Positions 27,341 to 36,066 of a DNA stretch of 64,000 nucleotides are shown in pieces (position 1 is the stretch's first letter; every line of letters starts with the position of its first letter). The stretch covers positions 1,280,001-1,344,000 of the forward strand of contig CAVWLP010000002.1 of assembly GCA_963755915.1 (NCBI GenBank), read 5' to 3'. The translations under genes and the position numbers were made by a program. The DNA comes from an uncultured Phycisphaerales bacterium. Lineage in GTDB: Bacteria > Planctomycetota > Phycisphaerae > Tepidisphaerales > Tepidisphaeraceae. The notes beneath the pieces were generated by a model. That model saw only the letters and a list, made by a program, of their open reading frames with translations. It was not told where the DNA came from and did no database searches.

Positions 27341-28618
27341 AGTGGTGGGGGGCGGGGGAATTGGCGGTGGCGTTGTAGATTTCGGCGATTTGGCGGACTT
27401 TGCCGTCCCAGCTTAGTTCCTGGGCGCGATGGAGGGCGGCGGCGGAGAGGGATTGGATTTGGGTGGGATTTGAGATGAGCGAGCGGATGGCGGTGGCGAA
27501 ATCGGTGATGCTTTTCTCGCGGGAAATCATGCGGATTTTGATGCCGGAGGTCTCGGTGACGGCGACGGACATGCCGCAGGCGTCGTGACAGATGACCGGG
27601 AGGCCGAGGGAGAGGGCTTCCATCACGACTGTGGAGGTGCCTTCCTGGAGGCTGGTGAAGAGGAAAACGTCCGATTCGCGCATTTGAGAGAGGGCTTGGT
27701 CGCGGGGGAGGTGGCCGATCCAGGTCAGACGATCGGTAACGCCAAGTTGCTGGGCGAGGGATTTCCAGGATTGGGTTTCGCGGCCGGCGCCGAGGATTTT
27801 CAGGGTCCAGCGATTTCGGGTCGCGGGGTCGTTGAGCCGGGCGAGGGCGTGCAGGGCGAGGGGGAGAGCTTTGCGGCCGACGTGAAGGCCGCTCCAGATG
27901 AGTTGTAGCGGGCGCTGGGCGTCGTATTTGCGAAGGGCGCCTTGAAGGTCGGGGCGCCGGTGTCGAGCATCAAATCGGAATCGGCGTGCCAGTGGGTTTG
28001 GGCCATGCGGCGGTCTTCCTCGGAGGTGGCGAGGATTTTTTGGGCGGCGTGGGCGGCTTTGCGCGGGCGGGGTTTCAGGCGCTTGTGGAGTTCGTTGACG
28101 ATATTTTTCAGCGTATAGAACATGCGATCGTGGAGGGAGAAGGTTTTGAAAAAGGGCCAGGGGATGTTGGAGGCGCCGGCGATGGGACCCCAGATAAAAG
28201 GGATCGGCAGTTTCCAAAGATAGCCAGGCTCGCGGAAGCCGGTGATGGTGAGGTGGTGGGCGATGTCGAAGGGTTTTTGGGCGTGGAGGCGGCGGGCCTC
28301 GGCGAGGGCTTTGCGTTGCCAGGCGGCGTAGCCAAGGAAGAAGAGAGGGGCGGCGAAAGAAATTAACGGGCGCTGGAAGAGACGGGAGAGAAGCGGGGGG
28401 TTGACGTAATGGACGGTGATGCCTGGAATCGGGCCGTGGGATTGGAGGTGTTGTTCGATTTCGGCGCGGTAGTTTTCATCTGCGAGTTGTGGGGAGCAGA
28501 GGATGGTGATGTCGTGGTATTGGCCCAGACGGGAGGCGATGTTCCAGCCGATGCCGGGTTCGGAGCCTCGGGCCGGGGAGCAGGCGAAGGCGGAGAGGAG
28601 GACGCGTTTGCGGGGCAA
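27339..28618 (-). CDS. Glycosyltransferase family 4; frameshift near 27945 (probable sequencing error)
   Basis: 'VLLSAFACSPARGSEPGIGW' at the N-terminus; 'FLFTSLQEGTSTVVMEALSLGLPVI' at the C-terminus in the second frame. Confidence 0.88.
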
Positions 28619-28621
28619 GCG

Positions 28622-29989
28622 TCACCGCCTGCGGCGATGCCGCCGATTGATGGGGATCTTGCTGCCGATGTTTCTCGGCGGGAGGGGAGTGGGGGTGCCG
28701 GTGTTGGGGGACGCGTTTGCGCTGGCGGCGTAAGGGCGATCGAAGCGGGAGACGACGGGTTTCGAGGGGCCCGACGACTCGGAGGGTTTTTCTTCGGTCC
28801 AGTCGGAGGGGGTGGGGGAGGGCTCGAAGCCTTCGAGGGTGGCCTGGGTGATGACCATGTTGATGAGGTTTTCGATGCGGGTGAGCTCGTCGCCCTGGTC
28901 ACGCGAGACGAGGGTGAATGCTTTTCCGGCGGCGCCCATGCGGGCGGTTCGGCCGACGCGGTGGACGTAGACTTCGGGGTCCTCGGGGACGTCGTAGTTG
29001 ATGATGTGGCTGATATCGGCGACGTCGATGCCCCGGCTGGCGAGGTCGGTGGCGATGAGGACGTCGAACTTTCCAGTGCGGAAATTCTTCATGACGCGTT
29101 CGCGTTTGTTCTGGGCGAGGTTGCCGTGGATTTCACGGCACTCGATGCCGTCTGCGTGGAGGCGCTTGGCGATTTTTTCAGCGCCGCGCTTGGTTCGGCA
29201 GAAGACGATGGCGAGGTCGGGGTTTTCGCGGACGAGGAGCATGCGGAGGAGGCGGTATTTGTCCCAGGGCTGGACGGCGAGGTAGTACTGCTCAACATTT
29301 TCGACGGTGGGTTTGTCGTCAGCGCCGGGGGCGATGAGCTTTTCGACGGGCTCGCGCATGTACTGGCGGGCGAGCTTTTCGATTTCGGGGGAAATCGTCG
29401 CGGAGACGAACATTGTTTGGTGATGGGCTTCCTGGCCCATGCCTTTGACGCGGGAGAGGATGTTGCGGATGTCGTCGCGGAAGCCGATGTCGAGCATGCG
29501 GTCGACTTCGTCAAGGACGACGAAGCGGATGTTGTCGAGGGCGATGATTCGGCGGTCGAGGAGGTCGATGACCCGGCCCGGAGTGCCGACGATGACTTCC
29601 GGGCCGTGCTTGAGGAATTTCATCTGGGCGGCGATTTTCTGGCCGCCGTAGACGGGGACGGTGCGGATCGGGGTGTGCTTGGCAAGGCGTTTGACTTCGG
29701 CGTCTACTTGCATGGCAAGTTCGCGGGTGGGAACGAGGATGATGGCGGAGACGGCGACGCCGCGGACCGAGTTCTGGAGAATGGGGATGGCGAAGGCGGC
29801 GGTTTTTCCGGTTCCGGTGCGGGCCTGGCCGAGGATATCTACGCCGGCGAGGGCACGGGGGATGAGGAGGGTTTGGATCTCGGAGGGGGTGAGGAAGCTC
29901 TCCTCGGCGAGGGCGCGGAGGATGGAGGGTCGCACGCCGAGGGCGGCGAAGGCTTCGGGCAGGGGGGGGTGTTCGGCTTTGTCGCTCAT
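28622..29989 (-). CDS. DEAD-box ATP-dependent RNA helicase
   Basis: 'ARTGTGKT', 'PTRELA', 'TPGR', 'DEVD', 'SAT', 'SRGID', 'HRVGRTAR'. Confidence 0.97.
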   Translation of the reverse strand: MSDKAEHPPLPEAFAALGVRPSILRALAEESFLTPSEIQTLLIPRALAGVDILGQARTGTGKTAAFAIPILQNSVRGVAVSAIILVPTRELAMQVDAEVKRLAKHTPIRTVPVYGGQKIAAQMKFLKHGPEVIVGTPGRVIDLLDRRIIALDNIRFVVLDEVDRMLDIGFRDDIRNILSRVKGMGQEAHHQTMFVSATISPEIEKLARQYMREPVEKLIAPGADDKPTVENVEQYYLAVQPWDKYRLLRMLLVRENPDLAIVFCRTKRGAEKIAKRLHADGIECREIHGNLAQNKRERVMKNFRTGKFDVLIATDLASRGIDVADISHIINYDVPEDPEVYVHRVGRTARMGAAGKAFTLVSRDQGDELTRIENLINMVITQATLEGFEPSPTPSDWTEEKPSESSGPSKPVVSRFDRPYAASANASPNTGTPTPLPPRNIGSKIPINRRHRRRR

Positions 29990-30052
29990 ATTTGTGTGGG
30001 GAGAAGTTATGGTCGCGGGGGTGGATTTGCAATTTTGTGGGGGAGGGGATTG

Positions 30053-30121
30053 GCTATTGCCTATTTCCTATTGCCTATTTCCAATTTGAAAATCGGCAAT
30101 AGGCAATTGGCAATTGGAAAT
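30053..30121. repeat. Family C inverted heptamer array (ATTGCCT-like units, then GGCAAT-like units)
   Basis: CTATTGC-CTATTTC-CTATTGC-CTATTTC...GGCAATA-GGCAATT-GGCAATT-GGAAAT. Confidence 0.8.
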
Positions 30122-30129
30122 CGATTTTT

Positions 30130-30942
30130 ATGCGTTACAAAATAGTGCTGGCATATCGGGGGACGCGCTATCACGGGTGGCAGCAGCAGCCGGTCCTGGA
30201 GACTTACAAGGGGGAGATGCCGGCGGAGGGGGCGGGGATCCCAACGATTCAGGAGACGTTGGGGGCGGTGGTAGGGGCGGTGGTGGGGCATCCGGTGGCG
30301 GTGGTGGGGGCATCACGGACCGATGCGGGGGTGCATGCCAAGGGGCAAGTCGCCCATTTCGACACCTCCCAGACGCAGATACCGGCGGAAAGCTTGCGGA
30401 GGGCCGTGAATCATCGGCTGCCGGGGGATATTTTGATCCGGGAGATCGAGGCAGTCGCGGAATCGTTTGATTCGATCACCGCGGCAAAAAATAAACGGTA
30501 TCAATATTTTATCTGGAACCATGCGGATCGAAATCCATTTTTTCCCGATCTGTGCTGGCATCGGTGGCAAAAGCTGGACGTGGAAGCGATGAGAGAGGCG
30601 GCGGGGCATTTTGTGGGGGAGAAGGATTTTGCCAGCTTCGCGCGGCCGGGGCATGGGAGACAGACCACGGTGCGGACGGTTTATGATTGCCGGGTTTCGA
30701 GGCGCGGGGGGATGGTGGTGATCGGGGTGGAGGGGTCGGGGTTTTTGTGGAATATGGTGAGGATCATGGTGGGGACGATTGTGGAAGTAGGGTTGGGGAG
30801 ATATCGCGCGGAAGAGATCGTAGGAATGCTGGAGGCGAAGGATCGGGAGGCGGCGGGGAGTACCGCGCCTCCGGAGGGGCTTTTCTTGCAATGGATTCGG
30901 TTGGGGGAAGGTGTGAAAAGTGTGAAAGTGGGAGGGGGTTAG
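30130..30942 (+). CDS. truA: tRNA pseudouridine(38-40) synthase
   Basis: 'AYRGTRYHGWQ', 'ASRTDAGVHAKGQV', 'DFASF', 'GFLWNMVRIMVG', 'TAPPEGLFL'. Confidence 0.96.
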   Translation: MRYKIVLAYRGTRYHGWQQQPVLETYKGEMPAEGAGIPTIQETLGAVVGAVVGHPVAVVGASRTDAGVHAKGQVAHFDTSQTQIPAESLRRAVNHRLPGDILIREIEAVAESFDSITAAKNKRYQYFIWNHADRNPFFPDLCWHRWQKLDVEAMREAAGHFVGEKDFASFARPGHGRQTTVRTVYDCRVSRRGGMVVIGVEGSGFLWNMVRIMVGTIVEVGLGRYRAEEIVGMLEAKDREAAGSTAPPEGLFLQWIRLGEGVKSVKVGGG

Positions 30943-32516
30943 TGGGGGATCGCGTACCACTGGATTTTGATGTCGGGGAGTTCCTCGGAGCCGGTGAGGG
31001 GGTAGCGTTGGGCGACAAAGCTCTCGGTGATGCGATGGCGGTCGGCCCAAAAGTTGTCGTGGGAGAGGACGAGGACGATTTGTTGATAATGGTGGGCGGC
31101 GAGTTTTTGTTTCAGGGGGTCGAGGTCCTTTTCGGTGAAGACTTGGCGCATGGTGCGCGGGGGGTTTAGATCGAAGAAACCGGCGGGGGCGCCGGTGTGG
31201 TCGTCGGTGGGGAGGTAACGGTAGTAGTAATCGAAGGGGAGTTCGTCGTCATTGGCTACGAAGATGATGAGGCGATTTTGTGGCGCGAGGGTGGAGACGA
31301 TCTGCGCGGCGGCGCGCCAGTTTTCCTTGGGGTCTTCGAGGTTGTGGCTGAAGAGCGTGAGGGCGGACAGGGCGATTAAGAATATTGCGCACGTCCAGGT
31401 AATGCGCTGCATCATTTTGGAGAGGGGCATGCCCAGGGGTAGGAGGATGAAGATGGACATGAGGGTGGTGGAGGGTTGGAAGAGCTTGGCGGTGAAGAGG
31501 GGGGTGCGGATGACACTGTAGAGAGCGACGAAGAGAAGGGGGAAGAGAGCCATCGTGAGGAGGCCGAGCGCTTCGCGGCGGCGATTGCCCCGCTGATGGA
31601 AGATGGAGAGCCAGGCCGAGCCGATCATGAGGACGCCGGCGATGAAGATGGGGCGGGTGTTTTCCCCGAGGGGGAGATGGATGCGGTCGAGGAGGTGGGT
31701 CCAGGTCCAGTAGTGTTTAACCCCGACGAGATTGACGATGGCGTCAAGGAAGATGCCGTGCTTGAGGGGATCGACCCAGAAGGCGTGGCGGATCATGGCG
31801 AGCTGGGCGGGCAGGCCGATGAGAGCCCAGGGGAGATAGAGAACGAAAGAGGCGGAAGTAACTAGGGTGATGTCGATGAGGCGGTGCTTGAAGGAATGGG
31901 TGGAGGGGAGAATGAGCCAGGTGAGCATGGTGGCCAGAGCGTAGGGGGCCATCATGTTGTGGGTATACATCGCCGCGGCGATGAGGAGGGTTTGGACGAT
32001 GAGCCAGCGGCGATGATGGGAGGCGAGGTGGCGCTGCAGGACGTCGAAGGAGGCGACGCCGAGCAGGCCCATGAGCGCGTAGGCGCGGGCTTCGCGGGCG
32101 TACCAGGTTTGCAGGAAGGAGAGAGCCATGAGCCAGGCGGCGGCGGCGACCGCGGGGGGATTTTTCAGCGTGCGTTTGGCGATGGAAAGGGCCAGGAGGA
32201 AGGTTAACAGGCTGAAGAGAGCGGAGAGGGAGCGGAGTGCGGCTTCGGAGTTGCCGAAGATTTCGGTCCAGAAATGGGTGAGGAGGTAGTAGAGAGGAGG
32301 AGCGGTGTCGGCCAGGATGAGGCGGATGATTTCCCGGGGGGAATGGGAGACCATCCAGGCGGTGTAGCCTTCGTCGAACCAGAGGCTCTCGCGGCCGATG
32401 TGGACGGTGCGGAGGAGGATGGCGGTGAGGAGGGCGAGGAGGGTGAGGAGGAAGGCAATGCACGCGCAGGTTTTGGTTGGGTGCGCGATGGTTGCGGGGG
32501 CTTGGGTCCGGGACAT
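30939..32516 (-). CDS. GT-C fold membrane glycosyltransferase (family 39/ArnT-like)
   Basis: 'ESLWFDE', 'PPLYY', 'SEAALRSLS', 'YAREARAYAL'; many transmembrane helices. Confidence 0.88.
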   Translation of the reverse strand: MSRTQAPATIAHPTKTCACIAFLLTLLALLTAILLRTVHIGRESLWFDEGYTAWMVSHSPREIIRLILADTAPPLYYLLTHFWTEIFGNSEAALRSLSALFSLLTFLLALSIAKRTLKNPPAVAAAAWLMALSFLQTWYAREARAYALMGLLGVASFDVLQRHLASHHRRWLIVQTLLIAAAMYTHNMMAPYALATMLTWLILPSTHSFKHRLIDITLVTSASFVLYLPWALIGLPAQLAMIRHAFWVDPLKHGIFLDAIVNLVGVKHYWTWTHLLDRIHLPLGENTRPIFIAGVLMIGSAWLSIFHQRGNRRREALGLLTMALFPLLFVALYSVIRTPLFTAKLFQPSTTLMSIFILLPLGMPLSKMMQRITWTCAIFLIALSALTLFSHNLEDPKENWRAAAQIVSTLAPQNRLIIFVANDDELPFDYYYRYLPTDDHTGAPAGFFDLNPPRTMRQVFTEKDLDPLKQKLAAHHYQQIVLVLSHDNFWADRHRITESFVAQRYPLTGSEELPDIKIQWYAIPH

Positions 32517-32619
32517 TGGGTTGAGAATAGTATCGGCAAAATCGACAAATCCCCACCTCGGCGCGGTTCGACCAAGCTCACCGAAGTCGGTGGGCGTTCC
32601 CAGCGATTAATGGGGCGGC

Positions 32620-33150
32620 TTAGTTGGAGGGTTGCGTTGTGGGAGCGGTTGGATCAATGACGTCGATTTCGGAGATGGCGTGGATGGAGCGGGCGGGGAT
32701 GGTGTCCCCCGGGACGATGAGGCGGGCGGGGGCGTCGCGCGGGGAAAGGGGTTGGTTGTCCTGGTCGAGCGCCAGCCAGGCTTCGCGGTTGCCGATCTGG
32801 GGGAGGAGCTCGGCGAGGCTGAAGGAGACGGTGTAGCCATCCGAGGCGGTGATGACCACGACCAGGCGCAGGGCCAAATTTTTAATGCGGGGGTCGACGG
32901 CGGGACCCATCTTGAGATCGGTGTGGGCGCCGGCCGCTTTGAGAAGGGAGACGAGGGGGACGCAGTTATAGGAATGCTTTTGGCCGTGGGTGGTGAAGTC
33001 GATGGATTTTATTTCGGAGGAGAGGGCGGATTTGATCTGGTCGATCGTCCATTTGGCGGGGTGATCGACGCTGCCGGCGAGCTGGATGGATTGGGTGTCG
33101 GCCAGGGAGGTGGAAGTGAACAAAATAAGGCAGAGGGCTGTGAGTCGCAT
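32620..33150 (-). CDS. Exported molybdopterin-binding oxidoreductase-domain protein
   Basis: Signal peptide 'MRLTALCLIL', 'ASDGYTVSFSLAEL', 'ARLIVPGD'; adjacent to modE and TOBE genes. Confidence 0.75.
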   Translation of the reverse strand: MRLTALCLILFTSTSLADTQSIQLAGSVDHPAKWTIDQIKSALSSEIKSIDFTTHGQKHSYNCVPLVSLLKAAGAHTDLKMGPAVDPRIKNLALRLVVVITASDGYTVSFSLAELLPQIGNREAWLALDQDNQPLSPRDAPARLIVPGDTIPARSIHAISEIDVIDPTAPTTQPSN

Positions 33151-33163
33151 ATTGGTTCCTGTT

Positions 33164-33538
33164 TCAGGGGAGAAAATTTTTGGGGAGTAAATCTTTGTCG
33201 AGCAGATGTTCGAGTTGGATTTGCATGTCGCGATAGGCGGCGAGGACCTCGTGACCGAGTTCGGTGATTTTGGTTCCACCGCCGCGCTTTCCGCCGACCG
33301 CGGTATTGACGAGGGGGCGTGGCCAGAGGCGGTTCATCGCGTCGATGAGCATCCAGGCGCGGCGGTAGCTGAAGCGCAGGCGTCGAGCGGCTTCGGAAAG
33401 AGAGCCGTGGATTTCGATTTGCTCGAGGAGATCTGCGCCGGCTTCGGTGAAGGCGGGGAGGCCGGAGATCTGGACCCAGAGTTTGCCGCGCAGTTGAATC
33501 GGGCGGGGATGCGGAGGTTTTTTGGGGTGGCGAGGCAC
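33164..33538 (-). CDS. modE: ModE-family winged-helix regulator (N-terminal domain only)
   Basis: 'LLEQIEIHGSLSEAARRLRFSYRRAW', 'GGKRGGGTKITELG'. Confidence 0.9.
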   Translation of the reverse strand: MPRHPKKPPHPRPIQLRGKLWVQISGLPAFTEAGADLLEQIEIHGSLSEAARRLRFSYRRAWMLIDAMNRLWPRPLVNTAVGGKRGGGTKITELGHEVLAAYRDMQIQLEHLLDKDLLPKNFLP

Positions 33539-33560
33539 AGGTGGGCCTTGAGGCAGTGAG

Positions 33561-33782
33561 TTACAGTACGTCGGGGTCGGCGGAGATGATGACCTCCGTT
33601 GCTTTGATGACGGCGACGGCGGATTTCCCTTTTTTGAGCTTGAGGCGCTTGGCGGAAGAGACGGAGATGAGGGAGACGATCTCGTGACCCGCGCCGATGT
33701 CGATGACGACTTCGGCCATGACGGCGCCCATTTTTATGGAAGTTATTTTTCCCGGGAATTGATTGCGTGCGCTGAGGGCCAT
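33561..33782 (-). CDS. TOBE/Mop molybdate-binding protein
   Basis: 'LSARNQFPGKI..IKMGAVMAEV', 'AVIKATEV'. Confidence 0.92.
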   Translation of the reverse strand: MALSARNQFPGKITSIKMGAVMAEVVIDIGAGHEIVSLISVSSAKRLKLKKGKSAVAVIKATEVIISADPDVL

Positions 33783-33796
33783 GAGGGCTCCTTAAT

Positions 33797-33927
33797 GATT
33801 GCCGAATGCCGATTGCCAAATGCCGAATGAAAAGGCGGGTGCGAAAGGTGTGAAAAGTTTGAAAAGTGTGAAACGCAAGAACGAGTACGCTTTTCGCACC
33901 TTTCGCACTTTTCGCACCTTTTACACT
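33797..33927. repeat. Family C heptamer half-array joined to a family D 9-mer inverted array
   Basis: ATTGCCG-AATGCCG-ATTGCCA-AATGCCG; GGTGCGAAA-GGTGTGAAA-AGTTTGAAA-AGTGTGAAA...TTTCGCACC-TTTCGCACT-TTTCGCACC-TTTTACACT. Confidence 0.85.
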
Positions 33928-33931
33928 CCAT

Positions 33932-34930
33932 CTAATACGCGGCGTCGGGGTAATAATACTGAGACGCGTTGTCGGGTGTTACCAGGTCGACGTCGATCAT
34001 CATGTGCCGGGGGATGAATTGCGAGAGCTTTTGCTGGGTGCCGTCGCGGAGGGCGCTGGCGGCGAGGTGGATGCCTTCGGCGATCATGCTGGGGGGATAG
34101 GTGATGGTGGCGGGGATGATGGGGTTTTTGTCCTGGATCATTTTGATGACTTCTTTCATGCCGCCGCCGCCCACGACCCACATTTCGTTATCGCGGCTGG
34201 CTTCGTGGATGGCTTGGATGGCGCCGAGGGCTGTGTCGTCGTCGCCGGCCCAGACGGCGTCGATGTGGGGGAACTGGATGAGGCAGTTTTGCATCACCGT
34301 CAGGGCTTTTTCGCGGTTCCACATGGCGGGCTGGGAGGCGAGGATTTTGATGTTGGGATAATTGGCGAAGACTGCAAGCGCGGCGTTGACGCGGTCGGTG
34401 TTAACGGTGGAGGGAACGCCTTCAAGGATGACGAGGTTGCCTTTGCCGTTGAGTTTGTCGGCGATGAACTGGGCGGATTTCTTGCCGAAGGATTTGTTGT
34501 CGCCCTCAAGGAAGACGTCGGCGACGGGTTGGAGAAAGCCGCGGTCGACGTTGACGATGTATATGCCGCGCTGGTGGGCCTCGGCAGCGATGGGGGTGAG
34601 CGGGGCGCTTTCGGTGGCGAGGACGACCAGACCGTCAACGCCTTTGGCCATCATGTCCTGGAGGTCGGCGATCTGTTTTTCAGGGGTGTCTGCGGCGGCG
34701 AATTGCCAGGAGATTTCGGGATGGAGGGCCATGGCACGCTGGGCCCACCAGGCGACGCCGGCGGTCCAGCCGTGATCGGCGGCGGGGATGGAGACGCCGA
34801 TGCGCATCTGGGGGGCGGTGGGTTGCGGGGCGATGGAGATTTGGGGCTGGGGTTGTTTCGATGCGAAGTAGATGGCGGAGAGGACGCCGACGACTATGAG
34901 GATAGTGATTCGTATGACGAGATTTTTCAT
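33932..34930 (-). CDS. Sugar ABC transporter substrate-binding protein (RbsB-like)
   Basis: 'IGVSIPAADHGW', 'VNVDRG', 'GDN', 'IDAVWAGDD..ALGA'. Confidence 0.9.
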   Translation of the reverse strand: MKNLVIRITILIVVGVLSAIYFASKQPQPQISIAPQPTAPQMRIGVSIPAADHGWTAGVAWWAQRAMALHPEISWQFAAADTPEKQIADLQDMMAKGVDGLVVLATESAPLTPIAAEAHQRGIYIVNVDRGFLQPVADVFLEGDNKSFGKKSAQFIADKLNGKGNLVILEGVPSTVNTDRVNAALAVFANYPNIKILASQPAMWNREKALTVMQNCLIQFPHIDAVWAGDDDTALGAIQAIHEASRDNEMWVVGGGGMKEVIKMIQDKNPIIPATITYPPSMIAEGIHLAASALRDGTQQKLSQFIPRHMMIDVDLVTPDNASQYYYPDAAY

Positions 34931-34941
34931 TCCTGTTTCCT

Positions 34942-36066
34942 CTATCCCGCTTGTTGTACCACAGCGGCGGCGACGATGATGGCGCCTTTGACGAGTCCTT
35001 GAAGATATATCGAAACATTGAGGAAGTTGAGCATATTTCCGATGACGCCGAGGATAAGGACGCCGATGACGGTGCCGAAGATGGTTCCGGAGCCGCCTGT
35101 CATGCGGGTTCCGCCGACGACGACGGCGGCGATGACGTCGAGCTCGTAGAGCTGGCCGGTGGAGGAGCTGGAGACGCTGTTGGTGTGGGAGGAGACGAGA
35201 AAGGCAGCGAGGCCGGTGAGGGCGCCGAGGAGGGCGTAGGCGCGGATTTTTACGCGGGCTATGTTGATGCCGGAATATCTGGCGGCGGGCTCAGACGCGC
35301 CGATGGCGAAGAGGTAGCGGCCGAGGCGGGTGTGGTTTAACAGGATCGCCATCAGGATCGCGATGAGGAAGAAGATCAGGACGGGCCAGGGGATGATGAG
35401 TGGGATGTTGTTCGTCAGGTGGATGAAGGGGAGGGGGATTCCGGATTCGGCGAATTTGGGGAAGAGGTTTGGGGAGGAGGATTCGATCGTTCCGCCGTCG
35501 GTCATGGCCATGGCGAGGGAGCGGTAGGCGGCGAGTCCGCCAAGGGTGGCGATGAAGGGGGTGACGCGGAACCGGGCGATGAGCAGGCCGTTGATGTAAC
35601 CGGCGAGAAGGCCGATGGAGAGGGTGGTAACGATGGCGAGAAGGACGCCGAGGAGTTCGCTGTTGTTGAGGTGGAGGGTGATAAAAAAGTGGGCAAGCGC
35701 GGAGCGGAATCCGGAGTAGGGGGCGGGGATGTTGATCGAAGTCGCGGAGGAGATTTCGTCGAGGATTTTTTTAGCGTCGATGGCGGTGTTCATGACCCAT
35801 AGTCCGCAGGCCCCGGCGAGGGCGACGAGGGAGCCTACCGAGAGGTCGATTCCGCCGGAGATGATGACGAGGGTCATGCCCAGGGCAATGATGCCGACGA
35901 AGGACCATTCCTGGAGGATGTTGCGGAAGTTTTCGAGGGAGAGGAAGGAGACGGAGCCGGCGGTGAGTTTCTGGCAGACGGCGGTGGCGGCGATCAGGAC
36001 GAGGAGCGTGATGGGGGGGAGGAATCTTTCGAAAGCGTTGGAAGCAGAGCGGGAGGGCTCGCTCAT
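34942..36066 (-). CDS. Sugar ABC transporter permease (RbsC-like)
   Basis: 'GMTLVIISGGIDLSVGS', 'PFIATLG', 'YELDVIAAVVVGGT..GG.G'. Confidence 0.92.
   Translation of the reverse strand: MSEPSRSASNAFERFLPPITLLVLIAATAVCQKLTAGSVSFLSLENFRNILQEWSFVGIIALGMTLVIISGGIDLSVGSLVALAGACGLWVMNTAIDAKKILDEISSATSINIPAPYSGFRSALAHFFITLHLNNSELLGVLLAIVTTLSIGLLAGYINGLLIARFRVTPFIATLGGLAAYRSLAMAMTDGGTIESSSPNLFPKFAESGIPLPFIHLTNNIPLIIPWPVLIFFLIAILMAILLNHTRLGRYLFAIGASEPAARYSGINIARVKIRAYALLGALTGLAAFLVSSHTNSVSSSSTGQLYELDVIAAVVVGGTRMTGGSGTIFGTVIGVLILGVIGNMLNFLNVSIYLQGLVKGAIIVAAAVVQQAG

Noticed and set aside
28409-30145. 578-aa plus-strand ORF
   Set aside because: Antisense shadow of the DEAD-box helicase, a common artefact of GC-rich codon bias; the same applies to 34004-35002, 45823-47220 and 21548-22636.
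33797-33927. Repeat cluster considered as a CRISPR array
   Set aside because: Units are 7-9 nt in tandem with no unique spacers and no cas genes in the window.
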